From IMG/VR virus record IMGVR_UViG_3300006162_000242, positions 1 to 61,105 of that record: a stretch of DNA of 61,105 nucleotides. One strand, written 5' to 3'. Source of the DNA: a virus (lineage: Duplodnaviria > Caudoviricetes). Position 1 is the first letter of the stretch. Each line of letters starts with the position of its first letter. The notes beneath the pieces were generated by a model, which was not told the origin of the DNA, searched no databases, and saw only the letters and a program-made list of their open reading frames with translations. Below, in pieces: positions 41,659 through 51,249 of the stretch. Both the position numbers and the translations under genes were made by a program.

Positions 41659-42723
41659 TCATATGCTTCGTTCTCTCCCACCAATCCATGCCCAACCCTT
41701 GCTAAATATGGATTCAGCTTTCCGTGTGGGCTTAGGCATCGTAGTAAGTCGAGTGGGATTGGAAGTTCTTACGACTTTGAGTGGAATGGTTTGAATCCCA
41801 CCGTCATAGTCTTCCTTGAAAGCTTGGAACGCATTCACCGCTCGGGCCAGCAATTCCTCTTTAAGACATAACTCGTCGCAGAGCATCATATTCTTATAGC
41901 CGATGTCTGCCAACCAAGCTAACTCATTCCAATCCGCACACGAAGGCACCGAGTCGTGAATGGTCGAAAGCAGCAACCGAGAACCACATAGGGCATCGGG
42001 GTCTTTTTCGAGCAACAACTTGGTAGCATTCAAGATTTCGTGAGGACGGTCGAGTTCGACATACATATCCCCACGGGCCAAAACCAACGACGTGTTCGGC
42101 GTCTTGACAAAAGTATGTTTAACGTATTCGAGACCCTTCTTGTCTTCGATTTTGAGCATCACCTGTGCGTCATCCCCAACCAACTTGCGAAACTCGTCCA
42201 CGTCCTGCTGACTTTGGACGTAAGACAGAAACCAATGCTTAAAACCAGCATCACGCACTTTATGTATCTTTTCGAGTTCAACGGGGGTGAACTGTTCTCC
42301 AAACACTTGGAGGCTCGAATCCCGAATATGCAGACTTTCTCCCGCACGCACCAAATATGTGGGGCCACCTTTGAATTTAAGCCGCTTCCCGCCTTCGCTT
42401 ACGTCAAGCAGCAAAGCGTGGTCCGCTCCCGCCTTAAACAAGACGGGAGTCGGAGTATCCACTTCAATTGCGTGATTCAGCCGAATGTCGAGGTAGTTGT
42501 CATTCGGGATTGCTTCTGTTACCCGAAGCTGACGCCCCTTGATGTCATAGTAAAGGGGCTTTGTCAGCTTCATTTTGCTAATCTTATCCAGTTCCTCGTC
42601 CAATTCGGGAACACTCATTTGGGCACTGTTCAGCCGAATACTTGAAATGCGGTCGTCATTGACAAACCGATTAAAGTGAGGGAAACTAGGCCACAAGGTC
42701 ACGGATAGATTAATGTCCAGCAT
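41659..42723 (-). CDS. Pyruvate kinase-like protein (barrel and B domain, no C domain)
   Basis: VTL.PS, RLN, DIKG..LRV, LSYV, KIE...G, ARGDMYVE. Confidence 0.75.
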   Translation of the reverse strand: MLDINLSVTLWPSFPHFNRFVNDDRISSIRLNSAQMSVPELDEELDKISKMKLTKPLYYDIKGRQLRVTEAIPNDNYLDIRLNHAIEVDTPTPVLFKAGADHALLLDVSEGGKRLKFKGGPTYLVRAGESLHIRDSSLQVFGEQFTPVELEKIHKVRDAGFKHWFLSYVQSQQDVDEFRKLVGDDAQVMLKIEDKKGLEYVKHTFVKTPNTSLVLARGDMYVELDRPHEILNATKLLLEKDPDALCGSRLLLSTIHDSVPSCADWNELAWLADIGYKNMMLCDELCLKEELLARAVNAFQAFKEDYDGGIQTIPLKVVRTSNPTRLTTMPKPTRKAESIFSKGWAWIGGRERSI

Positions 42724-42730
42724 ATGTTTA

Positions 42731-43759
42731 TTAAATGAGGGGCTTCATCGCTTTGCTACCACCAGCGTCGGCAAGCTTCTTCATGCTTTTTCGCATAACA
42801 GACTTGCCAGTGCCGCCCGATGCATCACGAGCAGCATCGGGGATTTTGTGAATGGTCACGAGGGACTTGTAAACCATGTCCACTTTCGCCTTACCATCCT
42901 TGTCGGCTAACTGACGGTCTTCAAGTTCGTTCTCGAAGTAGGCGATACGACCAGTTTCCTTGGCGAGAATGCCGAAGATAACGTCCACAACACGGTCAGC
43001 GGAAGGCAGCATTGCGATATGGTCATTGCCCACAAGTTTTTCCCACGCATCATGGGTATTGCGGTCATCGGCGGAAATGGTGTTGCCTGCACCGCTGCCA
43101 CTGCCATAGGACTTCTGGATGAAATATACCGCCATCTTGTCTTTCAACTTCTCGAAGACAGACTTGGTGGTGAGAATTTTTTCCGTCTTGACTCCGCAAA
43201 GGTCGAGGGCATGGTCCTTGCTGATGGTATCGTAGGGTTCCTCGTCACCAATAAAGATAATAATTGGCTTGATGGCCTTGGGCATTTCAATGCGTTCGGC
43301 GGCAAACAATGCCGCCAATTCATACGTTTCTTGATGACTGCCGCCGCCCGAACCTTCGATGACGAGTTCTTCAAGACGTTTTTTGAGGTCCAGTCCCTTG
43401 GCAAAACTGCGGACCTGCAAAGGATACTTTTCCCGAGACGGATTATTGGCGTCACCGATGGCCATAAAACAGAATTCGGCATCATCGCCCAGATATTCCT
43501 TGGTTTCGTGCTCCAAATAAGGCAGCTTGGAGAACATGATTTTGGGCCATTCACCCATGCTTCCCGTTTGGTCAACGACAATGATAACGGGAGACGTGCT
43601 ATCAGTCTTCACGTCATCCGCAATCAAGTCTTTGGCCGCTTTTCCCGCACTGACAGCAGCATCATAGCTGCGACCTGCGGATACGTCGTATGCCCGTCGG
43701 GCACTTGCGAAATCGTGTCCTTTCCAGACACCCGGACTATAATCACCACTTTCACTCAT
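42731..43759 (-). CDS. vWA domain protein
   Basis: VVDQTGSMG (MIDAS), AIGDA, EG.GGG..QETYEL, FIGDE. Confidence 0.8.
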   Translation of the reverse strand: MSESGDYSPGVWKGHDFASARRAYDVSAGRSYDAAVSAGKAAKDLIADDVKTDSTSPVIIVVDQTGSMGEWPKIMFSKLPYLEHETKEYLGDDAEFCFMAIGDANNPSREKYPLQVRSFAKGLDLKKRLEELVIEGSGGGSHQETYELAALFAAERIEMPKAIKPIIIFIGDEEPYDTISKDHALDLCGVKTEKILTTKSVFEKLKDKMAVYFIQKSYGSGSGAGNTISADDRNTHDAWEKLVGNDHIAMLPSADRVVDVIFGILAKETGRIAYFENELEDRQLADKDGKAKVDMVYKSLVTIHKIPDAARDASGGTGKSVMRKSMKKLADAGGSKAMKPLI

Positions 43760-43795
43760 ATGTTTATTTTTGTGTTTGTTTGTTTAACTGCTAAA

Positions 43796-44830
43796 TCAAT
43801 GGCGAACCACCGAAGGCTTCTTGCCAAAAATAGGCTTCATTCCCGATGAAGTCCGACCAAAAACTTGGGTTCGCACTTGAGAAATCATATCCCCAAGGTC
43901 ATCACTCACTTTGCCATATTGGGGGCGAGCGTTCACGTCACGGGCAATCAGCCGCTTGATAAAGGCACATATCTCGTCGGGAACATCTTTGGGCACCATT
44001 TTACGTTCAACCCATTCTGAACCACCACCGAGGGCGTAGAGCATCGTCATTCCAAGGCTATAGTAATCAGACTCGGGGACAAGAGGCTTGCCTGTAATCT
44101 CTTCGGGAGGGGCAAAAAACGGGGTGTAACCTTTGGCTTCACTGATATGGGTTGGCTTCACCAAAGATAGACCGAAGTCCACCATCACTGCCATATGCTT
44201 GTCCTCTTGGATAATGATATTTTGAGGCTTCAAGTCACCATGAATGACGCCGTGGCGATGAATATAGTTAAGGGCATTGATGATGCGTTCGCTAATCCAC
44301 ATCACAGATTCGGGGTCCATCGGACCTTTGAGTTTTTCGATGGTCTGAGCAAGCGTGAGACCGGGGATGTAACTCATAACCATCAGGACACGTCCATCGT
44401 CGAGTTGAATGAGGTCACGCATGGCAGGAAGAGCGTAATGCCGCAAGTCCCACAAGACTCGGCATTCTTCAACCAACATACTCGTTTCGGCAAGGGAGAC
44501 ATTGGAACAATCCTTGATGCAGACCAATTCTTTGAGGACTTTGTGCTCGGCCTTATACGTTCTGCCAAAGCCACCTTCTGCGATTTGTCCCAATAGCTTG
44601 TAGGAACCAACAGTCTTGCCCAAGTCTTGGCGGGCACGGTCGTAATCTTTGCGTTTGAGGGTATCGGTAAGGATGTCGTGGGCTTCATTGAGGTCCGTCG
44701 CACGAGTGCCATTGACACTTGCACCTACATCGGGGTGAACTTCCTTCATAAGGGCACGGTAAGCCGCTTCAATCACGGCCACACTCGCACGGGGATTCAC
44801 TTCAAGGACTTGATAAAGGTCACGTTTCAT
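43796..44830 (-). CDS. J-domain / Ser/Thr protein kinase fusion
   Basis: DLYQVLEV...AYR.L..EVHPD (J domain); IAEGGFGRTY, HGDLKPQNI, DFG, PPE, SDYYSLG. Confidence 0.9.
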   Translation of the reverse strand: MKRDLYQVLEVNPRASVAVIEAAYRALMKEVHPDVGASVNGTRATDLNEAHDILTDTLKRKDYDRARQDLGKTVGSYKLLGQIAEGGFGRTYKAEHKVLKELVCIKDCSNVSLAETSMLVEECRVLWDLRHYALPAMRDLIQLDDGRVLMVMSYIPGLTLAQTIEKLKGPMDPESVMWISERIINALNYIHRHGVIHGDLKPQNIIIQEDKHMAVMVDFGLSLVKPTHISEAKGYTPFFAPPEEITGKPLVPESDYYSLGMTMLYALGGGSEWVERKMVPKDVPDEICAFIKRLIARDVNARPQYGKVSDDLGDMISQVRTQVFGRTSSGMKPIFGKKPSVVRH

Positions 44831-44887
44831 TGTCGAAGAATATAACACGGTGAAGTCAAAACGTCAAGTGGAAATATAAAAATAAAA

Positions 44888-44909
44888 ACGCCGCCCCGAA
44901 GGGCGGCGT
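44888..44909 (-). terminator. Intrinsic terminator
   Basis: ACGCCGCCC-TTCG-GGGCGGCGT followed by a T tract on the minus strand. Confidence 0.85.
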
Positions 44910-44925
44910 CTCGTAACAGTTGGCA

Positions 44926-45459
44926 TCAAAACTCGTAGCCGAGGCCGATGCTCCAACGGACATCGTTATCACCTTGGCTCACAATGTCGTAATTGACTTG
45001 GCCGATGATGAACACGTCGTCGCTCAAGTAATACTGGGCCTGCAATTCTGGGCTAGTTCGCCAGACTGCGGAAGTGCTCACTTGATAAACGCTACCGACA
45101 CTCCAACCGGGGAGCAGATAGAGTTGCTTGTAGGTATGGATGGACCAATTAGCATCCAAATCCGTGGAACCAGCAAACTGCGGACTCCATGCGACGGATT
45201 GAGCCACGCCGAGCCACAAGTTGCGAGCAGCCGAGAACGGATTCAATGCAAATGACACATCCAATGCGGATTCGGATTCTCCGTTGCTCGGGAGAACGAG
45301 GCCACCTGCACTGAGGGTGATGTCGTGTTTCGTCACGTCATCCGAGGCCACCGTGTTGGTGATAGGCGGCAGAAGGTTCGTGACCTGATTGGTGTTGGCA
45401 GCGTTGGCGGTGACACCCAAGAGGGCGACGGCGAACAAGGATAGGAACAATTTTTTCAT
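44926..45459 (-). CDS. Secreted outer-membrane beta-barrel-like protein
   Basis: Signal peptide MKKLFLSLFAVALLGVTANA; amphipathic strands; C-terminal WSIGLGYEF beta-signal. Confidence 0.7.
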   Translation of the reverse strand: MKKLFLSLFAVALLGVTANAANTNQVTNLLPPITNTVASDDVTKHDITLSAGGLVLPSNGESESALDVSFALNPFSAARNLWLGVAQSVAWSPQFAGSTDLDANWSIHTYKQLYLLPGWSVGSVYQVSTSAVWRTSPELQAQYYLSDDVFIIGQVNYDIVSQGDNDVRWSIGLGYEF

Positions 45460-45502
45460 TTGTTTGTATTTATGTTTGTGTTTGTGTTTGTGTGGTTGTC
45501 GG

Positions 45503-46549
45503 TTAGTCTGCATTCATCGGCACCACAGCCGAGAAAATAATCATCTTGCAAAGAGCCATCGTTTGCTGTTTAGTAAGGTTATTACCTTTCAAGTCAATCG
45601 TGACTGCCGAAGCCAAGGTGGTATCACCACGAAGGGTATCTTTGTATTTCATGGTGCCAGTAAGACCAGCGATTGAGTTATCGGTTTCGAAAAATGCCGA
45701 TTCATCAGTCGGACCTGCGGAGAAGACCGCACCTTCACCCGGAGCAGGCTCATTCACACGCACATCAAACTGATATTCTCCGCTACCACGGTTAGGCTCA
45801 ACCCAACGAATAGTCCCCGAAATGCGGTCGTAATGACCAGCATAGGAAAGTGTGACATTGTTAAAGAACCAACAATTCTTGTCATAGTCATAGAGCATTT
45901 CCCCGCTGACAACAACAGAAGTGTAAAACTGTGCCGGACCTGCACCAAGTTCCGCATTGTTATACACCATCTTGTCATATTTTTTCAGAATGACAGTCGT
46001 AGTCTTTCCATTCGACGTGCGAGTAAGACTGATAGCACTCAAAGAGACATTATCAAGCCAATTAGCAGGACGATTAAGGGGTTTGCCTTGCACGTCGCCC
46101 TTAAACTGACTCGTAAATCCTGCGGCCTGACCCATCGGAATGATGTCCATTTCAAGTGAACCTTGACCATAATGATACACGCCATCCTGACTAATCGGCA
46201 CGGTGCCGAATAAACGACCGACGTTTTTGATTTGAGTCGGGTTCTTCGGATTCACGAGGTCGGCAGCGATGTCGTAGTTTAACACACGGTTTTGAGTCAC
46301 GTCTTTCTTGACCCATCCTTCAATGAGTTGGGGCAAATCCGTGATGGTGCCATGAAACTGAGCACTGTTGCACACATTCACATTGACCGTGTAAACATCC
46401 TTGACGCCATGAGCGATAGGAGTATTTTGACGGGTGTTGTATTGAATGGTCATGTCGCCCTTGATAAACGTAGGCGGATTTGTTGATGTTTGTGCCGAAG
46501 CCAAGGCGGCGAACAGGCCGACGAGACTGAGGATAAGTAACTTTTTCAT
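45503..46549 (-). CDS. Secreted beta-rich protein
   Basis: Signal peptide MKKLLILSLVGLFAALASA. Confidence 0.7.
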   Translation of the reverse strand: MKKLLILSLVGLFAALASAQTSTNPPTFIKGDMTIQYNTRQNTPIAHGVKDVYTVNVNVCNSAQFHGTITDLPQLIEGWVKKDVTQNRVLNYDIAADLVNPKNPTQIKNVGRLFGTVPISQDGVYHYGQGSLEMDIIPMGQAAGFTSQFKGDVQGKPLNRPANWLDNVSLSAISLTRTSNGKTTTVILKKYDKMVYNNAELGAGPAQFYTSVVVSGEMLYDYDKNCWFFNNVTLSYAGHYDRISGTIRWVEPNRGSGEYQFDVRVNEPAPGEGAVFSAGPTDESAFFETDNSIAGLTGTMKYKDTLRGDTTLASAVTIDLKGNNLTKQQTMALCKMIIFSAVVPMNAD

Positions 46550-46587
46550 ATTTTATTTGTTGTTTGTTTGTTTAACTAAATGGTGGT

Positions 46588-46719
46588 TTACTGCTGTTGA
46601 GTTTGTTGCTGACCGTCTGTGGGTTGATTGTTGCTGTTTGCGGCGGCAATCACAATATACCAGATGAAGGCAATGACCGCCACGATGATGAGGGAGATAA
46701 GTTGGAACTTTTTGCTCAT
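46588..46719 (-). CDS. Small single-TM protein (43 aa; absent from the ORF track)
   Basis: MSKKFQLISLIIVAVIAFIWYIVIAAANSNNQPTDGQQQTQQQ. Confidence 0.55.
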   Translation of the reverse strand: MSKKFQLISLIIVAVIAFIWYIVIAAANSNNQPTDGQQQTQQQ

Positions 46720-46761
46720 AACTATATTATTGGTTAAGGATGTTGATGTTGATGTTGTTGA

Positions 46762-47574
46762 TTAGGAAACACGGACTTTCGCATGAGCAGCCACGGGAAC
46801 CGCATCCACGTCAATGATGTTGGCGTCGGGGAGTTGAGCCGCCGTGCGGGGTGCAGCGAGTTGATTCAGTTTCTTGGCGTCAAGCTGTTTTTTGGCATTG
46901 GCGTCATCCAAGAGGGCCAAATCGAGGTCGGCGAACGATTGATTGAGTTTGGTCTGCACGGATTCGATGGCGGTCTCGATACAAATCTTGTCGAACACGT
47001 CACCTTCCATTTCACCAGCCGCCTCGTTCATATGTTGAGCGGCACAGGCCATTTTCCACTTGGTATCCGTGCGGCGGATGGCTTCCGCAAACTCGGCGAG
47101 GGAGTCTTGGGCGTCGGTATATTTCTGTTCACGCAACGCTTCCAGTTGCTTCATTTTCTGGAGTTGACCAACATAGATGTCGGCATCTTCCAATCGGTTT
47201 TTGACATATTCTTTCACCTTGGTTTCGAAGTTGCTCACTTCGGCCATGAAAACACCAAGCTGGCGTTTGAATTCAGCAAGGGCTTGCTGTTTCTTGACAT
47301 ACTCCGTTTGGAGTGTCTCAACTGGGTTCCGCATTGCTTCGGCCTTCATTGCCTTCAAGCTGGCATTGGCAATCATAAGAGTGAACCAGCCCATGAATTT
47401 CATGGCAGTCCAACAGATACCCACTGTGATGGCGACGGCGAAAAGGGCACCCAATCCGTGAAGAATGGTTACAGCGAATGGGCCGACGAATGCGGCGATA
47501 AGACAGACCCCGGCGATATTGAGTCCAAGTTGGAGACGAGCTTTGCGTTGTTCAGGTGTTAATTGTTTGTTCAT
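46762..47574 (-). CDS. Membrane-anchored coiled-coil protein (PspA/IM30-like)
   Basis: Two N-terminal TM helices, NPVETL, long heptad coiled coil. Confidence 0.55.
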   Translation of the reverse strand: MNKQLTPEQRKARLQLGLNIAGVCLIAAFVGPFAVTILHGLGALFAVAITVGICWTAMKFMGWFTLMIANASLKAMKAEAMRNPVETLQTEYVKKQQALAEFKRQLGVFMAEVSNFETKVKEYVKNRLEDADIYVGQLQKMKQLEALREQKYTDAQDSLAEFAEAIRRTDTKWKMACAAQHMNEAAGEMEGDVFDKICIETAIESVQTKLNQSFADLDLALLDDANAKKQLDAKKLNQLAAPRTAAQLPDANIIDVDAVPVAAHAKVRVS

Positions 47575-47643
47575 AAATGTTGTTGTTGTTTAACTGTTAC
47601 GTGAGAAAGATACCACGTTTTATAAAAATGTCAAGTGACTATT

Positions 47644-48165
47644 TTATGCCTTGATTATGTAAGTGTTCAAGAACAACTTACGGCGAACCACCCATACATC
47701 GGTGGGGTCCGTTTGGTTCTGACAGATGAAGTCGCCTACGTCACCCCGTTGGACGTTTGCCACGCCATCCACCGTCTCACCCCATTGACCAATGATAGTG
47801 AATTTTTTCGAAATCCACTCTAAATGGGCATTTTCCGGGTCAACGAGTTTAATCAACTCACGAGTCACTTCGACACAATTCACCGCATTGTCAGGTTTGG
47901 GGGTGCAAATCAACCAACCATCGTCAATGGCGGTCACATCATACTTGGCGAGAAGTTTCTTCGGCATTTGTTGCCAAGCATCCCCTGCCTGACCAATGCA
48001 GAAAAGAGCATCGGGGCTAACAGGCTCTTTGGCTTCCAGCGTATCTACGAGGAACTTGTTCGCTACCGAACGGTCCACGATAAGGTTGATAATTGGTTTC
48101 GCTCGCAACGAAGCAGTTTTAGATGCTACTTGCCAGCCCGTGATGAATCCGGTGATGATTTTCAT
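47644..48165 (-). CDS. PGDYG-like domain protein
   Basis: TLE......G..W.....KY and GDVGDFI......W.V....F..TY duplicated pattern. Confidence 0.5.
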   Translation of the reverse strand: MKIITGFITGWQVASKTASLRAKPIINLIVDRSVANKFLVDTLEAKEPVSPDALFCIGQAGDAWQQMPKKLLAKYDVTAIDDGWLICTPKPDNAVNCVEVTRELIKLVDPENAHLEWISKKFTIIGQWGETVDGVANVQRGDVGDFICQNQTDPTDVWVVRRKLFLNTYIIKA

Positions 48166-48677
48166 AATTTATTTTCGGCTTTTGGATGGAAGAAGATTTC
48201 CCCATCAGGTTCGATTTCAACCAAGCAAGGAAACGCAATTTCAGGATTTCCGATTCCTTTCAGGTTTTTTAGATATAACGTTCGGTCAATGGCAAGCCAT
48301 TCATGTGAACCTTTAGCATAGAACACTGGGACATAAACATTATTCGGATTGGTTTCTAATAATCGAATCATGTCAAAATATGTTTTGACTTTGATAGTAT
48401 CCGAATCCATTGAATTGTAAAATTGTGCATTCATGTTTACTGAAATCGGTCGTAACCCTCGGGCGGGTCCATTTCTCCCGCATCCACTCTGCGTTTGATT
48501 TCTGAAACAGACCCAATGGCAATACATTCAAATCCCGGGGCGGGAATGTAACCCGTAAAAGCTACGAGTTCCATTTTCATCTCGCCGTTTTTAGCATATA
48601 TGATGACCATTTGCATATCATTCATATCAGGAGGAAGTTTTGCCAACGACTTTTTTAGTTCTCCGAGTGTCATATGT

Positions 48678-49508
48678 TTACTTTATTGGGTTTGGATTGG
48701 CACCGCATTCAGGACAAGCCTTCGTAGGCATACCATCCGATGCATCCATTGGACCCATCGGAGATGCATTTCCCATTCCCCACAATCCATATCCCAAACA
48801 GGTTTTACAAGTATTGGGAGTTTTGTTCTTCTTTACAGGCTTATTGATGATGTCCATTATCTGTTTATTCACCGAGTCAGGAATAACAACCTTCATTCCG
48901 CCTTTGGTTTTTGGAGGCAAAGTAATACATTTTCCCGATTTGATTTCCTTGATGGCCTCTTTTAGACGTTCTTTGAGAATTTCCGTGTTCTCTGCGGTCT
49001 TCTCTTCGGTCCATCCATCAAACGTCAATTCCCACAATAAAGTAGCAATCACTTGCTCATTCGAGCATCCAGCCTTGTTTTCAATAGGAGTATCAATCAA
49101 CTTGCTCCATCGAATCCCCATTAAAGAATATCGCAAATTATATTTGCTGAGATTGCAGTTGTATTTTCCCTTCGGCATCTTTTTTCCACGAACACCGCCC
49201 CAAGGTTTCTTTCCCTTCGGAGGAGCCACATAACGACGATTGCGAAGATATACATCAAGATATGGTGTTTTATCAAACGGGTCAACCGCATTGTCAATAA
49301 CAAACGGCATTGAGTATGCTTTCACCTTCGGTTTACTCAACAACTCTTTCACCACACGACCATAGTTATTCGCAACCGTTTCCAATGAAAGACGGTCACA
49401 TTCAGGATAACCACTATCACGTTTATGAATAAGAAAATAAACGGCGTCGAGGTCAACCATCATTAATGTTTCTCTTAGAGTCATATGATTATTTGATTTC
49501 ATCCGCAA
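48678..49508 (-). CDS. DUF6557-like hypothetical protein
   Basis: YSL....W..LI, IA..LWELTF.G. Confidence 0.5.
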   Translation of the reverse strand: MRMKSNNHMTLRETLMMVDLDAVYFLIHKRDSGYPECDRLSLETVANNYGRVVKELLSKPKVKAYSMPFVIDNAVDPFDKTPYLDVYLRNRRYVAPPKGKKPWGGVRGKKMPKGKYNCNLSKYNLRYSLMGIRWSKLIDTPIENKAGCSNEQVIATLLWELTFDGWTEEKTAENTEILKERLKEAIKEIKSGKCITLPPKTKGGMKVVIPDSVNKQIMDIINKPVKKNKTPNTCKTCLGYGLWGMGNASPMGPMDASDGMPTKACPECGANPNPIK

Positions 49509-49701
49509 AATGAAGAAACTCGAACGACAGTCTTACCTGCCCCTCGTGCTTATATTTTGCTTCCACTGCGGTTTTGTATTTAAATTCGGCCTCACCGGGA
49601 CTATTGGCATTTACAAGCTTGCCAATAACTTCTTGGCGTGGTGAGGAAAGACCAGCGTGTTGGCGAGTAACTCGGGCTTCAATAAAGTATAACATATGTT
49701 T

Positions 49702-50445
49702 TTATGGAGTTTCTTGATACGGCAAATCATGTTGGACGGGAAAATAATCACAATCTCCTTCGTCGGGCTTAAACTGAAAATCGTGACGAACCTTGTGTGT
49801 TCGGAGTGGAGTCATCAGTTCATACTTTTCTCCATCTTGACGTTCAAGTAAAAAATATCCGCAATTCTGGGGGTTGCCCCAAGATTCAAATTCCTCGACG
49901 GAACTATGAAACCATCGCATCAGGAACAAGCGCATTGTCATCCCGTGAGTTACAATTACGACATTGCGTGGAAAGTCTTTCTTCTGAAAGTCACGATGAA
50001 GCGTATTCATGAAGTCACTTACACGGTCAAATACATCGGCACAGGATTCACCCCCATCACGGAAGCGATAATAAAAATGTCCGTAACTGTCACGGTATTC
50101 TTCAATCTTATCCTTATATCCCTCACGAGAATCCATATTCTGGCCCCATTCCTGTTCCCGAAGTCGTGGGTCTTCATAATACCTGTAAAGGTTGGGGTCA
50201 TAGATATTGGAAAATGATTTTCGGATACCCGCATAGGTCTGACGAGTTCGCCACATCGGAGAAACATAAAACTGAATTGATTGCCCGCCTATGATTTCTT
50301 TCAGTTTTTTACCGACTTCCAACGCTTGCTCCCGCCCCTTGGGGGTAAGTTCAAGAGCATAGTCAGGAATATCTTTATAGACCTCTTTGCTCACATTGCC
50401 CACGGATTGGCCATGCCTCACTATAAAAATCCTATCAGGTTTCAT
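49702..50445 (-). CDS. Histidine phosphatase (phosphoglycerate mutase family, DET1-like)
   Basis: IVRHGQS.GN, LT..G.EQA, VSP..RTRQT, PRLREQ.WG, GES.ADV.DR, VTHG. Confidence 0.9.
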   Translation of the reverse strand: MKPDRIFIVRHGQSVGNVSKEVYKDIPDYALELTPKGREQALEVGKKLKEIIGGQSIQFYVSPMWRTRQTYAGIRKSFSNIYDPNLYRYYEDPRLREQEWGQNMDSREGYKDKIEEYRDSYGHFYYRFRDGGESCADVFDRVSDFMNTLHRDFQKKDFPRNVVIVTHGMTMRLFLMRWFHSSVEEFESWGNPQNCGYFLLERQDGEKYELMTPLRTHKVRHDFQFKPDEGDCDYFPVQHDLPYQETP

Positions 50446-50612
50446 TTGGAATGTGGAATAAATGGTTTCGAGAAGTAAACTCTTTCATAAGTTGACTTGC
50501 TCGGCTTCGATTCTTTATTATTTGCCGACGTTGATTTTTGGATAACTTCTTCCAAGAATCATTGCCCACATGATTCGGATAGTCATGTGACATAAACCGA
50601 GCAGATTTTGTT

Positions 50613-50918
50613 TCAGTGTTCATTTAAGTATTTCAAAATCGTTTCGACGTGGCATCTATGCGTCTTGCACTTAGGATTATCACAAGGCGGCAGGCACCTA
50701 CACCAACAACCAAGCTTCTTACCTTTCAATGCCAATACTTTATCACGAAATTCAACATCCCGCAACTTTTTATAAAAATATTCCTCAAATCTGTCACAGG
50801 CTTCATCACGAGTGATTCCAAGCTGTTGGAAATCAAAGGGATTACCAAAAATTGAAAAACGGTCACATTGAACATCGGGCTTGTGGCACCGCATATTCAC
50901 TATGACCGTTTGAGGCAT
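50613..50918 (-). CDS. DUF4326 protein
   Basis: R.S.FGNPF, R.E....F, L.GK.LGCWC....CH. Confidence 0.8.
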   Translation of the reverse strand: MPQTVIVNMRCHKPDVQCDRFSIFGNPFDFQQLGITRDEACDRFEEYFYKKLRDVEFRDKVLALKGKKLGCWCRCLPPCDNPKCKTHRCHVETILKYLNEH

Positions 50919-51214
50919 GGGATGATTACGCCACAGTGACAGGCAATACCTTCACCCGAGATTTCAAGATACGGTTTTGCAACGTCTTAATATCTTCGTT
51001 GATGGGTCTGCGTGTCAGGGTGTATTTTGTGAACGTCATTCCCGCATACGGGGTAGAAGTCCAGCGGCCATTGGAGCGATAGAAAATGCCATATCGCTGC
51101 GGCTTTTGTTGTGTGTTTCTCATATATTTACTTTTTGATTGTGTCCATGATGGACCATTTAAGAGCCAACATAATATCAATTCCATACCATTCTGTCAAG
51201 CATTAAAAACAAAA

Positions 51215-51234
51215 AACCCCGCCGAAGCGGGGTT
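51215..51234 (-). terminator. Intrinsic terminator of the DUF2828 gene
   Basis: AACCCCGC-TTCG-GCGGGGTT followed by TTTTG. Confidence 0.85.
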
Positions 51235-51249
51235 GAATTCTTTCAAGGA

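Noticed and set aside
45460-45513. HKHKHKHK His-rich N-terminus of the 44926-45513 ORF
   Set aside because: It arises from translating an AAACAC-rich leader; the signal peptide starts at ATG 45459.
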